A DNA stretch of 64,000 bases, taken from positions 40,483 to 104,482 of the forward strand of contig JAQBPA010000117.1 of assembly GCA_028287765.1 (NCBI GenBank). The letters run 5' to 3'. The first letter of the stretch is position 1; each line of letters starts with the position of its first letter. Source of the DNA: Bacteriovoracaceae bacterium (GTDB lineage Bacteria; Bdellovibrionota; UBA2394). The notes beneath the pieces are model-generated. The model was not told the origin of the DNA, did not search any database, and saw only the letters and a program-made list of their open reading frames with translations. Below, one piece after another: positions 48,201 to 57,438 of this stretch. A program made the translations under genes and the position numbers.

Positions 48201-49310
48201 ATGGCAGACGATAAATTAAAAATTGTTTTTTGTGGACTCTCTATTACATCGTCTTGGGGAAACGGACACGCTACGACCTACCGATCTCTCGTTCGAGAAC
48301 TCACGCGTAAAGGTCACGACGTTTTATTTCTAGAAAGAGATCAACCTTGGTACGCCAAAAATCGAGATGTCGGAATATCGTCGCTTGGACGAGTGAGGCT
48401 TTACTCTTCTCTAAGTGAGTTGATCGTTCGATTCTCGGAAGATATTCAAACGGCCGATGCGGTCATCGTGGGCTCATACGTTCCGGACGGAGTGAGTATT
48501 GGAAATTGGGTTCTTTCAAAAGCAGGAGGCGTTCGCGTTTTTTACGATATTGATACACCCGTCACTCTCGCAGCGGTCGCATCGAATTCCTGCAAATATA
48601 TTTCGAAAGATTTGATTTCAAAATACGATTTATATCTTTCATTTACAGGTGGACCTTTACTCCAAAAAATAGAAAACGTTTGGGGATCTCCCAAAGCGAG
48701 AGCGTTTTATTGTTCCATTGATGTCGAGCAGTACTATCCCGAGCACAGAACTCCAAAATGGGATTTAGGGTTTTTAGGAACTTACAGTCCAGATCGGCAA
48801 GCAACTCTCGAGCGCCTGCTCCTGGATCCGGCAAGAATTTTAAAAGATTCTCGATTCGTTGTCGCTGGAGCTCAGTTCCCTGAAAATATTCAGTGGGGAG
48901 ATAATATCGAGAGAATTGCTCACCTCGCGCCGCCGGAACATCGCCATTTTTATAATTCGCAAAAATTTACTCTGAACACAACCCGACGCGAAATGCGTCG
49001 CACCGGCTATTCACCGAGCATTCGTCTATTCGAAGCTGCCGCTTGTGGGACGGTCATTGTTTCAGATCCGTGGACCGGTCTGGATGAATTCTTTGAACCA
49101 GATGAAGAAATCCTGATCGCCAGAACTTCAAAGGAAGTGCAAAGAATTTTAACCAAAATGGGAGACGATCAAAGAAGAGAAATTGGAATTAATGCCAGAC
49201 ATCGAGTTCTCTCCGAACATTCCTCCGTTCGTCGAACTGCGGAATTAGAATTTCTTATACGAGAAACATATGCAGAAACATCTCGATTGAGCAGAAAAGC
49301 ATTTTCATGA
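48201..49310 (+). CDS. CgeB-like glycosyltransferase, paralog 3
   Basis: The N-terminal motif is 'FCGLSITSSWGNGHATTYRSLVREL' and the C-terminal motif is 'RLFEAAACGTVIVSDPWTG'. Confidence 0.6.
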   Translation: MADDKLKIVFCGLSITSSWGNGHATTYRSLVRELTRKGHDVLFLERDQPWYAKNRDVGISSLGRVRLYSSLSELIVRFSEDIQTADAVIVGSYVPDGVSIGNWVLSKAGGVRVFYDIDTPVTLAAVASNSCKYISKDLISKYDLYLSFTGGPLLQKIENVWGSPKARAFYCSIDVEQYYPEHRTPKWDLGFLGTYSPDRQATLERLLLDPARILKDSRFVVAGAQFPENIQWGDNIERIAHLAPPEHRHFYNSQKFTLNTTRREMRRTGYSPSIRLFEAAACGTVIVSDPWTGLDEFFEPDEEILIARTSKEVQRILTKMGDDQRREIGINARHRVLSEHSSVRRTAELEFLIRETYAETSRLSRKAFS

Positions 49311-50116
49311 ACGCTGCGAACGAAAGTAATTTTTTTAAAGAAATTCAACAGCTGTCACCGTGGTTCCATAATCTCCACTTCGACGACGGAATCCAAACAG
49401 CGCCCGACCATTTCTTGGGAGATTTTCCAACGAAAAAATGGCAGCAAATCCAAAATGTCATCCCGACAGATCTTAACGGCTGGAACTGCTTGGATATTGG
49501 CTGCAATGCTGGCTTCTATTCGTTTGAACTCGCAAAACGTGGGGCAAGAGTTCTCGGAATCGATTCAGAACCTCATTATCTTAATCAAGCTCGCTGGGCT
49601 TCAAAGATTTACAATCTAAAAAATCCGCCAATCTTTCGTCTCATGCAAATTCACGATCTCGCTCATCTGAATGAGAGCTTCGATCTCATTTTGTTTATGG
49701 GAGTATTCTATCATCTACGATATCCGCTGCTAGCTCTCGATACCATTGCACCCAAGGTAAAAGCATTTATGATTTTTCAAACTCTCACGACGACAAATAA
49801 AAACGACGAGCCCGCTTCGTTTGAGCCCCGAGATAACTATTCATTTGAGGAACGAAGTATATTGAACACTCCTGGATGGCCAACAATGGCGTTCATCGAA
49901 AAATCCTTTTCCGACGATTCCACAAATTGGTGGGTCCCAAGCCATTCTGCTGTCCTCGCTCTTCTTCGCTCGACAGGTTTTTCATCGATCGTACGTCTCG
50001 CACACGAAATTTATATTTGTCGTCCTCCAAAAAAAGGAATTGCCAAGAATCGAATATGGTCTGACGCAGAATGGAAATCTGCAACACGCACAAAAGTAAA
50101 AGGAGAAATAACGTGA
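49307..50116 (+). CDS. Class I SAM-dependent methyltransferase (CmoB/DUF1698-like)
   Basis: Motif I is 'CLDIGCNAGFYSFELAKRGARVLGID' and the post-II motif is 'GVFYHLRYPL'. Confidence 0.65.
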   Translation: MNAANESNFFKEIQQLSPWFHNLHFDDGIQTAPDHFLGDFPTKKWQQIQNVIPTDLNGWNCLDIGCNAGFYSFELAKRGARVLGIDSEPHYLNQARWASKIYNLKNPPIFRLMQIHDLAHLNESFDLILFMGVFYHLRYPLLALDTIAPKVKAFMIFQTLTTTNKNDEPASFEPRDNYSFEERSILNTPGWPTMAFIEKSFSDDSTNWWVPSHSAVLALLRSTGFSSIVRLAHEIYICRPPKKGIAKNRIWSDAEWKSATRTKVKGEIT

Positions 50117-51153
50117 AACATGTCTTAATTACGGGCGGAGCGGGATTCATTGGGTCTCATCTCTGTGATACTTTCATAGCACGTGGTTATGCTGTTACTG
50201 CTATTGATAATTTTCTCACTGGAAAAATATCAAACCTTGACCGGGTAATAAAAAATCCTCATTTCGATTTTTTGAAATGGGACGTATGTGAACCCATTCC
50301 CGTTCAGAAAGTAAGATTTCTTAGTGAATTTGGCCTTCAGGGAATTCTTCACTTCGCTTGCCCCCCGAGTCCTGTTGATTTTGAAAAAATTCCTTTCGAA
50401 ATTCTAAAGGTCGACTCCCTCGGAACAATCAATACCGTTGATCTCGCCATTCAGTATTCAGCTCGCTATCTACTCGCTTCCACTTCAGAAGTGTATGGGG
50501 ATCCACTCGAGCATCCTCAGACTGAAACTTATTTTGGAAATGTAAATTCTGTTGGACCACGCGCGTGTTACGACGAGGCGAAAAGATTCTCGGAAGCCTA
50601 CGTGAGCACAAGTATGCGCGGTCTCGGACTTTATCGAAGTAAAAAATATAAACCGCTCAATGCCGCAATCGTCAGAATTTTTAATACCTACGGGCCCAGA
50701 ATGCGCCAAGACGACGGACGTGTGATTCCAGAATTTTGTACGCAAGCACTTCGAGGGGGAGAACTCCCGGTTTGCGGCGACGGCTCTCAAACTCGAAGTC
50801 TTTGTTTTGTGTCTGATCTGGTGGAGGGAATTGTTCGACTCTTTGAAGGCAATGTTCATAAGCCTGTGAATATTGGAAATCCTGACGAGCGCAGTGTTTT
50901 CGAAATGGCTCGTTTCATTTCGGAATTGGTTTACAAAATGACAGGCGTCTCCTCCAAAATTAAATTTGTACCCGCACGACCTGAAGATCCGAGAAAACGA
51001 AAACCAAATACAGATCTTGCTCAAAAGCTCCTCGGATGGAAACCAAACGTGAGTCTCACAGAGGGACTAAAAATGACGATTCTCTCCATGCAAAATCTCA
51101 TCGCAAGGCCTTTGGCGCATGAAGCCCCGTTTAAAATTCAAAAAGCCCTATGA
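50113..51153 (+). CDS. UDP-glucuronate decarboxylase (UXS)-like NAD-dependent epimerase/dehydratase
   Basis: The GTG start at 50113 is preceded by AGGAG and forms a GTGA overlap with the upstream gene. The Rossmann motif is 'VLITGGAGFIGSHLCD' and the catalytic motif is 'CYDEAKRFSEAY'. Confidence 0.6.
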   Translation: MKHVLITGGAGFIGSHLCDTFIARGYAVTAIDNFLTGKISNLDRVIKNPHFDFLKWDVCEPIPVQKVRFLSEFGLQGILHFACPPSPVDFEKIPFEILKVDSLGTINTVDLAIQYSARYLLASTSEVYGDPLEHPQTETYFGNVNSVGPRACYDEAKRFSEAYVSTSMRGLGLYRSKKYKPLNAAIVRIFNTYGPRMRQDDGRVIPEFCTQALRGGELPVCGDGSQTRSLCFVSDLVEGIVRLFEGNVHKPVNIGNPDERSVFEMARFISELVYKMTGVSSKIKFVPARPEDPRKRKPNTDLAQKLLGWKPNVSLTEGLKMTILSMQNLIARPLAHEAPFKIQKAL

Positions 51154-52076
51154 TCGAAGCCATTAAACTTTGGAACGAACCCAATAATCTTTCTCACTGG
51201 GATTTTACGATAGATCCTGGTTGGAAAGAATTTTCTTATATGACCAAACTGGCTGCCGAAGCGCTGAAAATAATTTATCCCGACTTAACCCTTGTACTGG
51301 GTGGCATTTCTCCGATTGATACGGATTTTCTCAAATTGCTTATACGCGAAAATACTTTAGAAAATTTGGACGCCATCGCTATTCATGGATTTCCGCTAGA
51401 TTGGAATCATTGGAAAATCAATGATTGGCCCAAAAAAATCGCCGCAGTTCAAGCGATTACGCATCTTCCCGTTTGGATTACCGAAGTGGGGGTCTCAAGT
51501 TTTGGTGCAGATGAGATTCAGGAATTTGGACTCATGAGAACAACTGAACTTCTTCTTGGGAAATCAGATCATATTTATTGGTATAGTTTGCTGGATCTCC
51601 CCCCGTCATGGGAAGCAACGACCCGTCATAAAGAAAACGAAGGAAGTTCTTATTACAGACATTTTTATATGGGGCTCATTCGTGCCGACGGAACGCCTAA
51701 GCCAGCTATAAAACATTTCAACCCTGAATTCGGAATCTGCCAGTGGTTTCACTTCGAAGATCCAAGACTCGACTTTGCCGTTGATTGGTTGAAAAAACTT
51801 GGTGTGAGAAAGCTCCGCACCGGCATTAGCTGGGCCGATTGGCGTCGGCCCAATGCTCTTCGCTGGTTCGATCGACAAATGGAAGCGATTAAAGATTTTG
51901 AAGTCACTATTACTCTTTGCTTCACTCCTCCGTCTCGCGGAAAGCGCCCCGACCATACAAGTCCTCCGATGGTCCCAGAAGAATTTGCTGAGTTTGCTTT
52001 GGAAGTCGTAAAGCGCTATGCAGCGCAGATTCACGAAACGCCCCGAAAACTTAGGCTCGTTCATGGATTTAAATAA
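51150..52076 (+). CDS. Glycoside-hydrolase-like TIM-barrel protein (GH5-like motifs, apparently circularly permuted)
   Basis: The protein begins at the strand-4 acid/base motif 'KLWNEPNN'. A nucleophile-like 'VWITEVGVSS' lies mid-protein. A motif usually N-terminal in GH5, 'LGVRKLRTGISWADW', sits near the C-terminus. Confidence 0.4.
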   Translation: MIEAIKLWNEPNNLSHWDFTIDPGWKEFSYMTKLAAEALKIIYPDLTLVLGGISPIDTDFLKLLIRENTLENLDAIAIHGFPLDWNHWKINDWPKKIAAVQAITHLPVWITEVGVSSFGADEIQEFGLMRTTELLLGKSDHIYWYSLLDLPPSWEATTRHKENEGSSYYRHFYMGLIRADGTPKPAIKHFNPEFGICQWFHFEDPRLDFAVDWLKKLGVRKLRTGISWADWRRPNALRWFDRQMEAIKDFEVTITLCFTPPSRGKRPDHTSPPMVPEEFAEFALEVVKRYAAQIHETPRKLRLVHGFK

Positions 52077-53059
52077 ATGCGATCAAGAACGTCGGCGACT
52101 ATTTGAAATTCACGGGCCGATGAATCGAAGCGGCGACTCGATTTTAATTTTTGAACCCACCGAACGGCTGCGCGACCACTCCAGGCATCCGGCGGTTCAC
52201 AGAGTCGACTCGAAGAAGTTCCCAAATATTTTTCAGCAGAAAAATGATAAAATGAACCTGAAATATTTTTAAAACTAAGACCGCCCTTTGTTCCATAAAA
52301 ATTTGCCTGAATAATGGCATCCACCCCAGCCGAGAGATTCCAAGAACAAGCGAGCTGTACAACCGCTCCGTTTGAAAGCCGCAGTGTAGAAAGGGCGTAA
52401 TCCTCTACTTCTTTTGTTCGATCTCGAAGCGGCTTTCCCTTAGAAAATAATTTACTTGAAACGGATTCAATTTTAGGAAAATCCAAAGAATAGAGCGCTA
52501 GATCAATCATATGAATTCCAAGATCCATCACACACCCACCTCCGGAGAGCGCTGGATTATAGAACCAAGCTTTGTCGGGGCCGTAAGCATTATGAAAGAG
52601 AAGATCGATCGCATAAATTTCACCGATTGTTCCACTCTGAATCTCTCGATAGATCGACTCCATCGCCGCCGTATGTCGATAAGATAAGTCGATTCCTAAA
52701 AGACAATCTGCTGTCTCTGCAGCACGAAGGACGGCGGACACTTCACTTGCCGATCTGCCCAAAGGTTTCTGACAAAAAACGGGAATATTTTTTTCGAATG
52801 CTTCTATCGCTTGCTTTGCGTGTTGGGCACTCGGAGTGGCAATCACGATTCCATCTATTTTCTGCTCGAGAAGTTCATCGTAAGATTTAACGGGCTGAGC
52901 AGATGGAAAATCAGAGAGAGCACTCCGTAAGTTTTCTTCGGACGAATCGAAAATAGAATGGATCTCCACTTCCTTTGATTCGGAGAGAGCCTGCATTCGA
53001 TTTTTCCCGATCCAGCCCACTCCCAGAAATCCAAGGCAGGGTTTCGATTTATGATTCAT
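52061..53059 (-). CDS. Gfo/Idh/MocA-family NAD(P)-dependent oxidoreductase
   Basis: The 332-aa ORF has the Rossmann motif 'LGFLGVGWIGKNRMQAL'. Confidence 0.8.
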   Translation of the reverse strand: MNHKSKPCLGFLGVGWIGKNRMQALSESKEVEIHSIFDSSEENLRSALSDFPSAQPVKSYDELLEQKIDGIVIATPSAQHAKQAIEAFEKNIPVFCQKPLGRSASEVSAVLRAAETADCLLGIDLSYRHTAAMESIYREIQSGTIGEIYAIDLLFHNAYGPDKAWFYNPALSGGGCVMDLGIHMIDLALYSLDFPKIESVSSKLFSKGKPLRDRTKEVEDYALSTLRLSNGAVVQLACSWNLSAGVDAIIQANFYGTKGGLSFKNISGSFYHFSAEKYLGTSSSRLCEPPDAWSGRAAVRWVQKLKSSRRFDSSAREFQIVADVLDRIYLNP

Positions 53060-54026
53060 ATTTAATAAAAGCCTTCAGAAATCCTTCCGGTCGATTCATG
53101 GTGGATTCAAAGGCGTCTGAAATCTGATCCAAAAAAAATGAATGTGTCAAAAACTGTGGAGGTGAAATGATTCCAAGAGAAGTCGCGTCGATGGCGGAAT
53201 CGATTCCTTTCAGACAAATTTTTAAATCCCGTTCATGCGCGTTAATCACATCGAGACCCCGCCAGTTCCAAAGTTGCATATTGACCGAGCGCGGCCCATC
53301 TTGATGATATCCCGCAATAACTAGTCGGCCACCCTCTCGAGTTAATTCACCGGCAAGATTGAGAGGCCACTGTTTTCCAACCGCCTCCACCACACAGTCA
53401 AAAAATTTTCCTTCGGTAAGTTCAGAAGCCTTTTTTATAATCTCGCCGTGATCAATCATAGGGATGACTTGATCGGCCCCAAGGTCACTCGCCATCTTTA
53501 AAGCATAATCGCGTCTAGAGATGGCCGTCACCTTTGCCCCGACTTGATGACAGAGTGTCGTAAGAATCGAACCGAGAAATCCAATTCCAATGATGGCGAC
53601 ACTTTCGCCGGAAGATATCTTCATTCGCCTAAATATATTCATAGCGCATCCGAAAGCTTCTCCCGGAAAATTTTGAAAAGATAAATCGTGAGGGATCTTT
53701 AGAACCGACGCTGCCTTCGTGACGTCATATTCTGCATACGCATGATTGGAAAGTGCAGCCACTCGATCGCCAACATTAAATTTCTTAACATTTGATCCGA
53801 GAGCATCGATTGCTCCCCAACCTTCATGGCCGAGTGCACCGGGAGGAAGTGGATAAGTGATCCAGGGCGCTCCACCCCAAGGAACGAGATTCGATGCACA
53901 GACTCCGCAACCCTCCAGTTTAATTCTGACCTCGTCTAATTTGGGTTCCGGAATAGGCGCTTCAGCCATTTCAAAATTTCGAGGGCCCTTGAGCTGAGCT
54001 GCGCGCATAAAGTTTTTCATACACAT
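53049..54026 (-). CDS. Zinc-binding medium-chain dehydrogenase/reductase (MDR)
   Basis: A 'GALGHEGWGAI' GroES-like region and a 'VAIIGIGFLGS' NAD-binding motif are present. Confidence 0.75.
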   Translation of the reverse strand: MCMKNFMRAAQLKGPRNFEMAEAPIPEPKLDEVRIKLEGCGVCASNLVPWGGAPWITYPLPPGALGHEGWGAIDALGSNVKKFNVGDRVAALSNHAYAEYDVTKAASVLKIPHDLSFQNFPGEAFGCAMNIFRRMKISSGESVAIIGIGFLGSILTTLCHQVGAKVTAISRRDYALKMASDLGADQVIPMIDHGEIIKKASELTEGKFFDCVVEAVGKQWPLNLAGELTREGGRLVIAGYHQDGPRSVNMQLWNWRGLDVINAHERDLKICLKGIDSAIDATSLGIISPPQFLTHSFFLDQISDAFESTMNRPEGFLKAFIKYES

Positions 54027-55450
54027 TCCGTAGTTAAGTGTGACTTTTTTAGAGGTGCGCTCGAATCAAGATCCCGAACAAGATGAAGACTGCTATCTTT
54101 AGGAATCGGCCTTTGAACAAAGGGCGATCCTACATCGACATAGGAGAATCCAGAACTTCGAACCAGTTCAGGATTATAAATATTTCGACCGTCGATAATA
54201 TAATGACCGCGCATCACTGAATGAAGGCGTTTAAAATTTAGAGATCGAAATTCTCTCCATTCGGTGAGTAGTAAAACCGCATCCACTCCTTCAGCAGCTT
54301 CGTAGGCATCATCAAGAAGCAAAAGTTTTTTATTTAAAATAGATTTTTCAAATATCTCGCTGGCTCGCCTTTTTGCCACAGGATCGAAAGCTCGAATTTG
54401 AACTCCCTTTTTAAGAAGCTCCTCAATGAGAAAAAGGGCTGGCGCGCCGCGAAGATCGTCTGTGTCTGGCTTAAATGAAAGACCCCAGAGGGCGATCGTT
54501 TTTTGAGAAAGATTCTTTCCAAAAATTCGAATCAGTTTCTCTAATGGCCATTGTTTTTGTTTTTTATTTACCATATCCGTCGCAGATGAGATTTTTAAAT
54601 CGAGCCCGACATCGCGGGCCTGGTAGATAAACGAATGAACATCTTTTGGAAAACAACTCCCGCCGTATCCAATGCCTGGAAAAAGAAAATGCTCACCAAT
54701 TCGAGGATCTCGAATCATTCCTTCTCTGATTTCACGAATGTCCGCGTCGACAAGCTCGGAAAATTGGGAGAGCTCATTGATAAACGATATTTTTGTCGCG
54801 AGAAAAGCGTTACATCCGTATTTAACCAACTCAGCAGATCTTCTCTTCATAAAAAGAAAGCGGTCTTTTTTTAACATGAACGGCTTATAAAGAGCCGAAA
54901 GAATTTTCCGAGCGCGCTCGTCTTCGCTTCCAACAATCACTCGGTCTGGCTTTAAAAAATCCTGAACAGAATTTCCCTGCTTCAAAAATTCTGGATTCGA
55001 AACCACCATGGGCTGATGCCCTTCAGAAAGAAACCACTTTTCGACCTGATCTCCCGTGCCAACGGGTACGGTACTTTTAATGGCGACGATTTTATTTCGA
55101 AGATCTGTCGTCTGCCGAGCAAGCATTGCTACCACAGACTCCACATCATCAAGCCGAGTTCTGCCAGTTTCATCTTCAGGGGTTCCCACAGCAATGAAAT
55201 AAATTTGGCTTAAGCAAAGCTCATCAAAGAATTCAGCCGAGTCCGTATGAACAAATTTGAGATTTCCTCTCTGCACCCCAGAGCGAATGAGATCCGAAAG
55301 ACCGGGCTCGTGAATCGGGATGCCGCCTTTTTTTAAATATTCAATTCGCTCCAGACTTGTATCTGCAACAGCTACGCAGTTTCCACTCGAAGCCAGCCCC
55401 GCTGCCGTTACGAGTCCGACATAGCCAGCTCCAAAAATTGTAATCTCCAT
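54017..55450 (-). CDS. UDP-glucose/GDP-mannose 6-dehydrogenase-family nucleotide-sugar dehydrogenase
   Basis: The N-terminal motif is 'MEITIFGAGYVGLVTAAGLA' and the catalytic Cys motif is 'GYGGSCFPKD'. The ORF is 477 aa. Confidence 0.85.
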   Translation of the reverse strand: MEITIFGAGYVGLVTAAGLASSGNCVAVADTSLERIEYLKKGGIPIHEPGLSDLIRSGVQRGNLKFVHTDSAEFFDELCLSQIYFIAVGTPEDETGRTRLDDVESVVAMLARQTTDLRNKIVAIKSTVPVGTGDQVEKWFLSEGHQPMVVSNPEFLKQGNSVQDFLKPDRVIVGSEDERARKILSALYKPFMLKKDRFLFMKRRSAELVKYGCNAFLATKISFINELSQFSELVDADIREIREGMIRDPRIGEHFLFPGIGYGGSCFPKDVHSFIYQARDVGLDLKISSATDMVNKKQKQWPLEKLIRIFGKNLSQKTIALWGLSFKPDTDDLRGAPALFLIEELLKKGVQIRAFDPVAKRRASEIFEKSILNKKLLLLDDAYEAAEGVDAVLLLTEWREFRSLNFKRLHSVMRGHYIIDGRNIYNPELVRSSGFSYVDVGSPFVQRPIPKDSSLHLVRDLDSSAPLKKSHLTTECV

Positions 55451-55589
55451 TAAAAGTTGATACGTGACGGGGATCAGTCAAGCCTCCAGCTTTCGTCAAC
55501 TTATAACCTTAGTCTGGCGACCTTGGAACGATGTTAAGTCTTTTTAAATCGAGGAAGGCTTCATCACTGTAATAAAGCTGGAGATTTTT

Positions 55590-57419
55590 TTGAAGATTGT
55601 CATTTTTGGATTAACGATTAGCTCATCTTGGGGGAATGGTCATGCCACACTTTGGCGCGGCCTTTGTCGCTCCCTTATCAAACGAGGTCACAAAATTACT
55701 TTTTTCGAAAAAGATGTTCCCTACTACGCACTTCATCGTGATCTTAAAGAGCTACCAGGGTGTATCATGTCTTTTTATTCCGACTGGAATGCGATTCGCC
55801 AGTTTGCAAAATTAGAATTAGAAGAAGCGGATGTCGCCATCGTCACCTCATTTTGCCCTGATGGAATTTCTGCGACAGAAATCGTCTGTGAATCCAATGT
55901 ACGTGTAAAAACTTTTTACGATATGGATACACCGATCACACTTCAAAGTTTACAAGCAGGAAGACTAAATTATATTGGTCCGCGAGGATTAAACGATTTT
56001 GATCTTGTTCTGAGTTATACTGGCGGCTCCGTCCTCGAAGAATTAAAAGAAAAACTCGGTGCGAGAACTGTCTTTCCACTCTACGGATGTGTTGATCCGG
56101 ACGTTCATCGCCCCGTTTCATCTCATCACGATTATGTTTCGGATCTCTCCTATCTCGGCACTTATGCAGATGACCGACAAAATAAACTCAGCCAATTTTT
56201 TATTGAGTCTGCACGAAAACTTCCCGAACGAAAGTTTTTAATTGGTGGGGCTTTGTATCCGACAGCTTTTCCCTGGCTAAAAAATATTCACTTCGCAAAA
56301 CACGTTTCGCCAACAGACCACTCTTCATTTTACTCATCTTCTCGAGTGAGTCTTAATATCACTCGAAGCGCCATGGCCGAGCGAGGATACTGCCCGTCTG
56401 GACGACTGTTCGAAGCCGCCGCATGTGGCTCGCCGATTCTCAGCGACAGGTGGAAAGGAATTGAGCAGTTTTTTTCTCCAAAAGATGAAATCATCATCAC
56501 GGATTCCACAGAAGAAGCACTTGCAGCGATAGAAATGTCAGATTCGGAACTGAATGCGATTTCAAAAGCAGCTCGCAATCGATGTCTCGAAGAACATACG
56601 GCTGATAAACGTGTACTCGAGTTGGAAAAATATTTAGAAAACGTGACACTTACAAAAGCTTATTCGTTTTCAAAACCGGCATGCTGGGGAATCATTCCGG
56701 CCGCGGGAAACGGAAGTCGAATTCAGCCACTCGCTTTTTCAAAAGAACTTCTTCCCGTGGGAAGTCGAGAGGTCGAGAACATCGAAAGGCCAAAAGCTGT
56801 CAGCGAATATTTACTTGAGCGAATGATTCTTGGAGGAGCAGAAAAAATCTGTTTTGTGATCTCGGCAGGAAAATCAGATATTTTGGAATATTACGGCGGA
56901 AAATTTCAGGAAGCAGATCTTTGTTATACAATTCAGCCGAAGCCTGCCGGTCTTTGCGATTCTCTCTTTCGTGCGATTCCGCTCATCCATAGAGAGGACA
57001 ATGTCTTGATTGGACTTCCAGATACCGTTTGGTTTCCTGAAAATGGATTCAAAGAATTAGCCAATTCCAATCTCTCACTTCTTTTATTTCCGGTTCAAAA
57101 TCCAGAACTCTTCGATGCGGTTATTATGAACGGCTCCAAAAAAGTAATAGAGATCGAAGTAAAAAATAAAAAAGCGCGATCTAAATGGGTCTGGGGTGCA
57201 ATCAAAATGCCGGGATCAGCTTTTCATGATCTTTATAAACTTTGGTGCCGACGTCAAAAAACAGATGAATATTTGGGAAGTCTATTAAATGCCTATCTCG
57301 CTGATGGCGGCGAGGTGATCGGCGTGCAAGCTGGAAAATCATACGTAGATGTCGGAACACTGCACGGCTATCGCGAAGCCATCGAAGTCTTGGGGTCAGG
57401 GCACTTAGGGGACAGGTGA
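55590..57419 (+). CDS. Fusion protein: a CgeB-like glycosyltransferase (paralog 4, N-terminal ~350 aa) joined to a sugar-1-phosphate nucleotidyltransferase (RmlA-like, C-terminal ~250 aa)
   Basis: The N-terminal motif is 'IFGLTISSSWGNGHATLWRGLCRSL' and the GT motif is 'RLFEAAACGSPILSDRWKG'. These are followed by the NTP-transferase motifs 'GIIPAAGNGSRIQPL' and 'YTIQPKPAGLCDSL'. Confidence 0.65.
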   Translation: MKIVIFGLTISSSWGNGHATLWRGLCRSLIKRGHKITFFEKDVPYYALHRDLKELPGCIMSFYSDWNAIRQFAKLELEEADVAIVTSFCPDGISATEIVCESNVRVKTFYDMDTPITLQSLQAGRLNYIGPRGLNDFDLVLSYTGGSVLEELKEKLGARTVFPLYGCVDPDVHRPVSSHHDYVSDLSYLGTYADDRQNKLSQFFIESARKLPERKFLIGGALYPTAFPWLKNIHFAKHVSPTDHSSFYSSSRVSLNITRSAMAERGYCPSGRLFEAAACGSPILSDRWKGIEQFFSPKDEIIITDSTEEALAAIEMSDSELNAISKAARNRCLEEHTADKRVLELEKYLENVTLTKAYSFSKPACWGIIPAAGNGSRIQPLAFSKELLPVGSREVENIERPKAVSEYLLERMILGGAEKICFVISAGKSDILEYYGGKFQEADLCYTIQPKPAGLCDSLFRAIPLIHREDNVLIGLPDTVWFPENGFKELANSNLSLLLFPVQNPELFDAVIMNGSKKVIEIEVKNKKARSKWVWGAIKMPGSAFHDLYKLWCRRQKTDEYLGSLLNAYLADGGEVIGVQAGKSYVDVGTLHGYREAIEVLGSGHLGDR

Positions 57420-57438
57420 ATTTCGCCATGGTTTATAT

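Noticed and set aside
50071-50112. An ATG at 50071 as the start of the UXS-like gene
   Set aside because: The GTG at 50113 has an AGGAG RBS and starts directly at the conserved VLITGGAGFIGSH motif.
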